From Azolla caroliniana (Eukaryota; Plantae; Polypodiophyta): a stretch of 64,000 nt of DNA. Shown piece by piece: positions 51,839 through 64,000 of this stretch. Location: NCBI GenBank assembly GCA_043228905.1, contig JBHGNT010000002.1, positions 24,428,001-24,492,000 of the forward strand. The letters run 5' to 3'. Both the position numbers and the translations under genes were made by a program. Every line of letters begins with the position of its first letter. The first letter of the stretch is position 1. The notes under the pieces were generated by a model. It was not told the origin of the DNA. It worked only from the letters and a program-made list of their open reading frames with translations, and searched no databases.

Positions 51839-51913
51839 ATGTGTTGAAGAGTAGCTTGTTCTATAATGTGTTGAAGAGTAGCTTGTTCTCTCTCACAGGT
51901 GTTGAAGAGTAGT
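51839..51913. repeat. Three ~27-30-bp tandem units
   Basis: TGTTGAAGAGTAG(C/T)TT repeated three times. Confidence 0.7.
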
Positions 51914-52549
51914 TTCTTATCTTTGTCTCTAGAGCGTCGACAAACAACTGCTTTTTTTCCCCATGTGTAAAGTTGATTGCCCATGAGGCTACATTCAAAT
52001 TTCATTGTATCAATTATGTTAGTAGATGCCATTAGTGTGAAATGTAAGTGTTTAAGGCTAAGAGTTAGAGTGTGTAAGGTTATTCCCTTCATCGAATGCA
52101 AATGTAGGGGTTACAATGCACGGATGACCTTGTAATCTTCGATTGAATGTAAGGATAGGTGTCAAAACACATGAACTTCTCTAGTCTTTGACTAACTAGC
52201 TAACCTTATTGAGTGAGCAAAGAATGAGGGTTAAAATCTCACTATATGCACGACTACATCACTGGACACCGAAACCGAATGTGAGGGGGGGGGGGGGGGG
52301 GGGGTCGTACTCCAAGCAAGACGTTCCAAACTCATGACACATATAGAGAACCTTGTCAATGCGAGGGAACAGAAGGGTTCCAAAAGGGAACGTGATGTGA
52401 GAGATGGGATTCAGTCGGGACAAAACTATGGAGCGCGGCATGGCGGAAGAATGATGATCAATCAGGGGCTCTAGAGAAACAATGCACAAACCGTCTCTCG
52501 TCTTGTAAGCGCCGGACTCTCATCTGGTGACCGGCCCGGCAGCCCTCAA

Positions 52550-53480
52550 TGCCCTTCTCTCTCTCTCTCTCTCTCTCTTTGTGCATGTCTCTATGTCTCT
52601 CTTCTTTCTCTTTGTCTCTCTCTATGTCTCTCTTCTAGAGTGTGTTTTGAAAAGTTTGCTTTTGGACCTTTTGGTTCTCCTCATCGCTCTTTTTCTTTCT
52701 TTCTTTCTTTCTTTCTTCTTCTTCTGATACACTATCTATCTCTCTATATATTTGTGTGTTGTAGCTACACTTGTTTCTCACAGTTTTTTTTTTTTCTGTT
52801 GTAACTCTCCTTTCCTCCTCCTTCCTTCCTTCCTTCCTTCCTTCTTCTTCTTCTTCTTCTTCAATTTCTTCTTCATCAATTTCTTCTTCTTCTTCATAAT
52901 CCCCCTTCTTAACGGAACTCAAGAAAATGTTTGAACTCTCTCTCTGTTCCTCTCTCTCTCTCTCTGTTTGTCTGTCTATGGCATATGCCCTTAACTCTCT
53001 CTCTGTCTCTCTCTAATCTAGACTCTCCGTCTCTCTCTAGATATATATATATATATATATATATATCCAAGAAAATGTTTGATCTTAGTGTGTGAGTTCT
53101 CTCTCTCTGTCTCTCTCTGTCTCTCAGACAAGAAAATCCCCCCCTCTTTTTTTCCTGCACGCTTCAGAGACGCCATAGCCAAGAAGATATCATCATCGCA
53201 TCGCATCTCATACATATATATGTATACATTATTCCTCTCTTACGTCTTTTCTTACTCCCGTCTCTATGCTTCCCCCCTTAAATTGATCCCATGAGAGAAG
53301 AGAGCCCCTCCTTTTCTGTGCCCACAATTCTAACTGCATATATATAACTCAGTTTAGTTAAAGATTATCCCTCGCCCACCTCTCTCTCTCTCTCTCATCT
53401 CAGAAAGATATATGCATATACATCTTTTGGTCTCTGTCTATCCGTGTTTCTCTCTTTGTCTCTTGTTAATTCTGCTCTCT
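52550..53480 (+). promoter_or_regulatory. CT/CTT/AT microsatellite-rich promoter or 5'UTR region of the SHOU4-like gene
   Basis: Dense (CT)n and (CTT)n tracts upstream of the ATG, as also seen before the SCS-beta, G6PD and IFT70 genes here; GAGA elements are known BPC/BBR sites. Confidence 0.4.
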
Positions 53481-54069
53481 CCCCAAGCTCTGTGTATTCA
53501 CGGTTGCTATTAGGTTCGAGTCTTCTCTTTGCTCTTAGTTCCGCTTTTACTGGCTTGCATTGTCTCAGAAAACCCTAGAAGACAAAGCTTCCACAGAGCA
53601 AATCAATCAATCATCAGAAGAAAGTGTTATCCTCCTCAATATGAAGGAGAAGAAGCTACAATGTTGGGGGTTAAAGAAGCAACTACAGTATTCAGCTATC
53701 TCTGGCTATAACACTAGAAAAGAATAAGCTATCAACGTATCTAGATTTTCGACTGAGCTATCAGAGTTCATCAATCAAGCAGAGAGGAAAGCTACAGTGT
53801 CGAGGTAACCCTGCTTAAAAATCGAAAATCAAATGCTGAGTTAGCTCTGGTTTTTAAAACCAAGAAGAAGAAGAAGAAGGGCAATCCTGTCAATGGCTTA
53901 ACTCTGGTTTAAAAAGGAAGGATATGGAGGATGCTTACAATAATACCATTTGAAAACTCTGATTAAAAGCAACAAGTGGAAAGCTCCGCGTGATTACAAG
54001 AAGCAAGTGGAAACAAAATAGTTACTTCTCTTGTTATCTCTATCTCTATCTCTTGGCTTGAACTAATCC

Positions 54070-56275
<2,206 letters not shown>

Positions 56276-59200
56276 TGCACATCCTATCATGTCATGGTAT
56301 AGACATATACACAGTGTTCTCTTTGTATCAGGACCCAAAGCTTGGACTAGTGTTATGACATGACCCTGGAACTCCTCGAGAAACAAAGTTTGTACCAACA
56401 TCACTAACCCACTTAAAACCTCACCGCACCTCACTAACAAAGTTGTAGTGTTTTCTTAAAAAGCATATAATCAAAAACAAATTTCATGTTTCTTTTCCAG
56501 CGCAATTTTGCGATTTTGTGTTCTTAAGCTATCATGAAGTGAATCTTAGTTTTTATCTTTGTCTTGATACAAAAATTTTGGGATGTGGAAGGATTTGGGT
56601 TTGCTTGCAACATATCGAATATAAGTATTTGAATGTAAAAGGTTGTGATGTCTGAGAAAAGAGTGAATGAGCGTTCACATATTTGAAATTTTATTCGAAC
56701 ATAAGAAGGAATGTCAGTTTGAGTAAAGGAGTGTGTTTTATCATGAAGTACACAGAAGAGCTCTAATATCGAAAGTTGGATTGCATATAAAATTCTAGTA
56801 AAACCTTCTAGTCTTCTTTTGTGTGTTCATATGTGGAATGTATTGAGATTTTGACGGTAAAGGATTTATGTACAAAAGGAACTGAAGTATAATCATGGGT
56901 AGTGGGGTTTATATTGAAAACCCAAAACCCTAGAAAGACTTAATACCCATACTCCCATAGAAGAGAAACTCGAACAAAGTGCATAGATACCCACCTTGAA
57001 CCTTAAACATATTAAACAAACCTAAAAGCTTGCAAGGCGGGTCTTTTAGAGCTAAGGTGATAAAAGATCAGCACCATTTATCATGTTTCCATGTCAAAGA
57101 ATTATTTGGAAAGAGGAGAGAATATGATGAATCACTAGTATGTATCATGTTTCCGTGTCAAAGTATTAGTAAGAAAGAGGGGAGAGAGTATGAAGAATCG
57201 ACAAATCATAGAGGTTTTGACTAATGTTTTGTCAAGGTCTCACTACTTATCACTCTTATTGACACCAATCCAAATGCCCCTACTACTTAAAGGAGTATAA
57301 AATATTCTACCTTTTAGTATTAAATAAGATGGTTTTTTCTTTGTGTAAATGATTTACGGGGCTCAAATCTATAAAAAAATGAGGAAAATACAGGGCTCTC
57401 TTTGCACAATAGCTTGTACTTGGAAAGGCATTTATACCACACACACAAATGCATGTTGCAACTGCAAGAGAGAATTTTGTTTTTTGATATGCATATTGGC
57501 CAATGACAATAAGAGAAAACACAGGAAAATAGAGTTTCCATGGTTATCACTAAGAAAAGTACCTCAGCCACTTAAGCTTTGATAGTTGAAACTTGAATTA
57601 CATTACATACAGTATTTATTGAAAGCATTGCTTATGTAAAAAGGTCACCCTACACACTATACCACACTAAAAGACCCTAATCCCAAAAGCTCTAAAACCT
57701 AAAACTCTTGGATATGTCAAAAAAAACATGCTCCAAACAAGAATGTGAGGCATGAATGCCAAAATTGCAAGTGAGGTATATGTTGTAGAGATTGGTGGGT
57801 ATAGCAACATTAATTGTTATAATCTATAGAAGATGGTGTCATAAGAGAAGCTTTTAGAGAGCATGATGTGTTATTGGTTAGCACCTTGGGGCCATGGCAA
57901 GTTTCATTTTTGGATCCCGTAATCGCTTCACCATGAGTATTTTTCCCTTATCGATGACACCTTTCACGTTAAAGTTGGCCTTGCATTGCTAAGCGAGGCG
58001 CCATAATAGGTAGAACATGACATGGCAAGCAAAAGAGAAAGGAAAGTTGATTGAAATGTTTGTATGAGACATTATATGTATTTAATTAATATGTATTCTC
58101 TTCATCCACATGTCCCTTGTAGATTGATTTCCTCGATCAATGTGCCTCTAGAACTAGAAGCAAGATTCTCATTTCTTTTTCTAGCTCCATATTGATGTTT
58201 TTGCGTAAGTCTTGACCTTATACCAAAAATAAAATATCGTTCTAAAGACATGACTCACCATAGTATAAATGTTATAGCTTCCTTATAACTTCACCATACT
58301 ACACCATCATAATCTAAAGATATGTAAACATGATGCTATGGTAGAAAAGCTTTTTGTTTGCAGTAATAAGGTTACGGAACCAGGTGCCCAATCATGTGTT
58401 TGATGTTGTTCTCGTTATAAATGTCTTGCTTTATAAATTTGACATTGATGTTTTTTCGACAACCCAAACAAGATAAAACCATTGCCCTAATAAACGTCAT
58501 AAACTCGTTTCATTGTTTATCACAAGGGTTTGTTTAATGTACAAGAACAATTTCAAAATATAGCATGAAGATATATATTGGGACAATGAAGATGCATAAT
58601 TTGATATGGATTATTGCAAAAAAAATTGTAAGTTGAATTGACATAATGCATGCTCTATGATCAAATTTGGTTTAAAAGAAGATGAGCTAAAATAACGCAC
58701 CAAATGCTATGGTATGATGCAATGCTCGGTATATGACAAATTTTGGCTAATGGGAGGAGTTTGACAAGTAGTAGTTACAAGACTATGGGTCTTATCACTT
58801 GAGACCTCTAGATATACGAAGACGTGGGAACTAGAGATTTTATTGACGACGACGATAATGTTGACATCATGAATTCTACAACATCCTTAAAGCAATCAAA
58901 ACATATAGGATAAGTATAGGCCTCCTAACCCTAACCCATTCTCATAGCAAAAAGAAAGCTCAAGCAAAAGGGAGATGACATAAGTACAAGCCTAATATTG
59001 AAAGTATATCTCATATGTAGAGACCATGATGGCCACAACATACTACACTCATAAACATTGAGAAAAACAAAATGAAAGTTTAAACAAAAGGAGGATGTTC
59101 ATGTAATGTATTCAAAATATATGCCATGTACAAGGATAAAGATCATGCCATCAACAATAACACCTTAGCAATCCAAAGAATATATCTATTTAAAACTTTT

Positions 59201-60733
59201 TTTATTATAAACACCAATAAATCAGGATGAATACAATGCTTCATGATTGGATCCCATAATGACTAAATGAACAATAGCACCTCAAGCCGTCTATAGAATA
59301 TGTTTTATTTGGAACTCTTTGCTTGTTTACAAATACCAATCAATCAAGATGACTACAAGGCTTCATGATTGGATATCATAATGATTAAATGAAGATGGTG
59401 AGAATCATTTTTAGGCATTGTTCCCTCTTGTAACTTGTTTGCTTGGTGCTCACGACCCAAAGGGAGCCAAAAGCCCCCTTATAAAGCAACTATTGGAACC
59501 ACTTAACACCCTTATTTTATCCTTACCGGTGCAACATCAAAAGTTTCCATCGATTGAACTTGAATTTGGAAAGATCTTTCGAATCCACAAACCATTAATG
59601 GGATAACTATGAGAGAGATTGCAAAGTTTGCACAATTGATCTCCCTCTCAAACATGACATGCAAGTGTGCCAACATATTTCCCTTTCCACCTAGGCCACA
59701 TTAGCCTACCCATTCACAAGAGAACTAGCCATTTGGGAGTTCTTAGTACTTTCATTTGTAGTTTAGTTGCCAAGCTTTGGCATTGTGGAGCATTTATTTA
59801 GGGACAAAGTTATGTAAACCTAAGAATATCAAGTAATGATTTGATGTAAATATCGAGAAGTTATATAATATGCACACGTTGAGGCCAAATTGCTTGAATC
59901 TTGAAGCCAAAAGCTTCTTAAGACTATGCATCTCTAATCAATAGTGTGTGTAGAGATATAATCAGTAGGCACGTTTAAAGTCTCTTGTGTGATGTATCAT
60001 GCTTTCACATTGTGCTAAAGCAATGCATCATTAACTTGTTGATGGATGCCATGCCGTTTCTTTTCCAAGGGGATAGTATTATATTTTGAAAACTTTTCAA
60101 ATATTACTTTTCGTATAATTACCGGAAACTCAAAACCACTTTTGAAATTTTGCGAGACGTGGCAAAATTCAACATTTGAAGCGTGACAAGAAAGCCTTGT
60201 GAACACAACCACCTCTCTCTCTCACACACACATTTAACCTTGGAAGCATGAAAACCTAAATCTCTTGTGTAGAGTGAGTAAATCATTCTCTTCTTTGAGT
60301 TCGACTTATAAGACTTGCTATTGAACCCTGTACGGGTGTGAAAACAACCTCCTTCCTAGCACACCACTCTCACTCCTAAAAAAATGTCGTATTAATATCT
60401 CTCTCTAGTAAAATAGTAAAGACTCTTGAAAACAAACACACACATACATTTGGATGTCCTCGCATAAGGAATTCAATGCATGTCCTTCAATTATATACTA
60501 GATAACATAAACTATAACTCTCTATGGATGATTGTCTGGTTGGTATCAATAATAAATAGATATATATTAAAATACAATCATAAGTCACATTGAAATTTGA
60601 GGTATTACATTGGGACCATAGAACACCATAATTCTACTACTTACATGAATCTAATCCGAGAGCAATATTAATAATGTTGTTAAGTAAAAAAAATATTATG
60701 AGTTATGGAATTATGTCACAAGTCGCGAGAAAG

Positions 60734-61178
60734 TAGGGATCGGCAATGGCTCGACTCAAGCCTAAACCGTTTGGCTTAGCCGGCTTGAAAACGGCTTTGC
60801 GGCTCGGCTCGGTTTAGGCTTGAACTTGGCTTAACGGTTTGAGCTCGGCTCGGCTTGGCTTGAGCCTCACCAAACCGGCTCAAGCCGGCTAAACCGTTTA
60901 AGCTGTTTATAAACTTTAGAGAGGGGGAGAGAGACAACAAACAAGGGGAAAGAGAGAGAGAGAGAGAGTGAGGAGGGAGAACTACATAGACGAGGAGAGA
61001 GAGGTGAGGAAATAGAGATATGAAGTATATAATAGAGAGGTGAGGAAATTGGGTTTCGAACCCAAGACACGGTGCTTGTAGTGTTATCAACTTACCACTA
61101 GGGTAAGCTAATTACGATAAAAAAAGAGAGAGAGAGAGAGAGACTACATAGAGGGTAGAGAGAGAGAGACAGAGAGAC

Positions 61179-61224
<46 letters not shown>

Positions 61225-61499
61225 AGACCACAAACGTGAGAGAGAGTGGGAGGGAGAGCTTGTACAATGTATAGTATATAGTATATAGTATATAGTGGAT
61301 CATCTGAGAGAGAGAGAGAGAGAGGGAGGTTTCTAAACCGGTTTACAAGCCGTTTACCAAACCGCTTTAGGCTAAACCGGTTTGTGAACCGGCTCGGCTC
61401 GGCTAAGGTTTGAGATCCTATAAACGGTTTAGGCTTAGCCGGTTTGGCTTGGATCAGGCCAAACCGGCTAAGCCTAAACCGAACCGTTGCCGATCCCTA
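60734..61499. mobile_element. Non-autonomous hAT element (766 bp) carrying (AG)n tracts and a tRNA-like segment
   Basis: TIR TAGGGATCGGCAA / TTGCCGATCCCTA; perfect 8-bp TSD CGAGAAAG (60726-60733 / 61500-61507); subterminal AAACCG and GGCTC repeats. Confidence 0.92.
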
Positions 61500-62429
61500 C
61501 GAGAAAGCATACCAAAAATCTTGATGGTCCAGACTCCAAAATATAAGTTCAAATGTACCAACCTACCAAACATCCAAGGAATGTATGACTTCATCCTAAG
61601 GAGACTAAGTTCAAAATGAAAGACTAGATCTTACAATCCTAAGTAAATCAATAACTAAAGATAAACCAACCACTACAACTCTTTTTCATAGACCTTGTCG
61701 ATTATCGAGATACAACAATGCAAACCATAACAAAGAACATCATGCCACAACAAATAATTTGATTGATCTTCTTCTCCCCAGAAACAACCAAGAAGCATAA
61801 TCAATCAACGTATGAAAAGCTTCATCATGCTTGACATTTGGGAGAGCTTTGTGCTCAATAAACAAGCATGTAGCCAAGACTCCACAAAAAGTTCATCCAT
61901 GGGAAGGCAAGATGCTTAATAAACCCCCTTCAATTAGGCTCGAAACATGGAGATGATTAGTAGGCATTCAAACATCTCTCGTGGATGTTAATGATATCTA
62001 ATAGACATTAATGTAAAAGAGATAAATATAATTTATCTATCATGTAAGGGATTCAAATCTAATTGTATATGTTGGTAGCATTTTCTCTATAAACGTAGCA
62101 TATAAAACAACATGAAAAAAAAAACTCTTAGCCCCAACATAGTGAGGAATTTATGACAAGGTAGACCCTCTAGATTGTTGTAAAATTAGTTGACATAAAC
62201 GCACCTCCTCCAAGGACGAGGTGCTCATACAGCTTAAATTTGAAATTTGCCAAATTCAATTTCCGTTAAGCCTACATACATGTCATGATGTTTTATGAAC
62301 ACCATCAAATAAGGACCCATTTCTCATATTCCAATTATACCACAAACCCTAATACCTAAGGTAGTCAAACATCTTCGAATGAAGAATTGTTGCGGTACCC
62401 TTTGATTTAAAAATTTATTTTATCTGATG

Positions 62430-64000
62430 ATAGGGGTGTTTTGCTTGGAAGTAGAGCGCAGTTACATTGGGCTGAATTGGATAATGGTATAGTTGCCACG
62501 GTAGTCTCTTGGGGAAATTATGTTTGCCATCTTCATAATTTTCACCTTGATGCTTCCATGTGTAGGGGTTTTAGATCTATATTTGATGCAATTCAATTAT
62601 CTTTTGGAATTTTCTCTTTAATTGGTCACCTTTTGTGCATGTTTGGTTTGGATACTTTACTCCATGGTGTTATTATAGGAGTAAAAGGAACAACGTCTCA
62701 AGGAGATTGTTATTATTATGAAGTATTTGAGGAAGGAAGATTTTGGCAAGCTGGTGATGAAACTTCGATTTGGCAAACAACATTGCAACATCCAGTGAGA
62801 GTGGTTGGTAAATCAAGTAAAACTTGGATGTTAGATCCTTCTTCTCTTGATAGTATGCTATTTTGCCAACTATGGGCATATAAAAAAACGTCGTCATTGG
62901 ATCTGCATTGGGATCCATCAAATTATCTTTGGAAACATCCACATTATTCGCCTCAAACTAAATTTTTTCAATATTCTATGAAGTTCGGACGGAGTTGATC
63001 TTAAGTAAGAAATTGTATATGCCATTCGTTATGAAAGTATGGTTAGCAAATGGGGCCTCTTTAATGGGTGCATCTAAATAATTGGAAGTGGTTATGGAGT
63101 ATGCAAATTCCCAAGAAGATTGTACTTTTTCGTTGGTTATTGATGCATTATGTATTACCGGTTCCCGCCTGGTTACGACAAATACATTGCAAGCCGTGTG
63201 GATTTGGTTGTCACGGTTGTATGATGAAACCAATTAAGCATGTGTTGTGGTCTTGTCGTAAAATTACGCAAGTATGGAAGAGAGTTTTAAGGCTCTTGAT
63301 ATTGATACATGCTAATTGTGTGATCACTTGGGGTGTTGTTAGGTTGGGCATTCTAGAGGGACAACTATTGTTGTCTGAAAACGAGGATATAGTGGAAGCC
63401 TTTCACATAATTCCTCCCCATGTACAAATGGTTCAGCCTTTTTTGCTTGACAAGTTGCAAATTAGGGATGATATTATTTGGAAAACAATTTCATCTATTC
63501 TCATGTGGATGCATCTAAATAATTGGAAGTGGTTATGGAGTATGCAGATTCCGAAGAAGATCATATTTTTTCATTTGTTATTGATGCATTATGTATTACC
63601 AGTTCCGGCCTGGTTATGGCAAATACATTGCAAGCCGTGTGGATTTGGTTGTCACGGTTGTATGACGAAACCAATTAAGCATGTGTTGTGGTCTTGTCGT
63701 AAAATTACGCAAGTATGGAAGAGAGTTTTAAGGCTCTTGGTATTGATACATGCTAATTGTGTGATCACTTGGGGTGTTGTTAGGTTGGGCATTCTAGAGG
63801 GACAACTATTGTTGTATGAAAACGAGGATATAGTGGAAGCCTTTCACATAATTCCTCCTCATGTACAAATGGTTCAACCTTTTTTGTTTGACAAGTTGCA
63901 AATTAGGGATGATATTATTTGGAAAACAATTTCATCTATTCTCATGTGGGTGATTTGGACAACGCGATGTACATAAGTGTTTGACAATGTCACTCACGAT
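62430..64000 (+). mobile_element. L1-type LINE ORF2 3' region with an internal 441-bp tandem duplication; runs off the window
   Basis: WKWLWSMQIPKKIVLFRWLLMH...CKPC...KHVLWSC (zf-RVT-like) twice, then ILMWVIWTTRC; upstream LHWDP/KFFQYS motifs parallel VSWDP/PFFQFT in the LINE at 46619-47113. Confidence 0.85.

Overview
Eukaryotic land-plant nuclear DNA (spliceosomal GT-AG introns, AG/CT microsatellites, plant transposons). An intact IFT70/TTC30 cilia gene points to a lineage with flagellated sperm, probably a fern or other seed-free plant (inference). Six spliced genes were reconstructed by eye: a mitochondrial calcium uniporter (MCU, -), a DUF4504/C1orf74-like protein (-), succinyl-CoA ligase beta (+), plastid glucose-6-phosphate dehydrogenase (-), IFT70/TTC30 (-) and a SHOU4/SHOU4L-like membrane protein (+). 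Mobile DNA: a full-length but defective 6.1-kb Ty3/Gypsy chromovirus, three non-autonomous hAT elements with 8-bp target-site duplications (TSDs), a Stowaway-like MITE, several LINE 3' fragments and three families of tRNA-derived (SINE-like) sequence. Most unusual observations: (i) a five-unit palindromic repeat/unique-spacer array in the chromovirus leader, in an element that also has TG...TA termini and a protease-less in-frame Gag-RT fusion; (ii) a tandem array of tRNA-like A-box heads ending in two convergent tRNA-like units, one family of which also occurs as cargo inside a hAT element; (iii) an in-frame 441-bp duplication of a LINE zinc-finger region. Coordinates and identities were read manually; no database searches were run.
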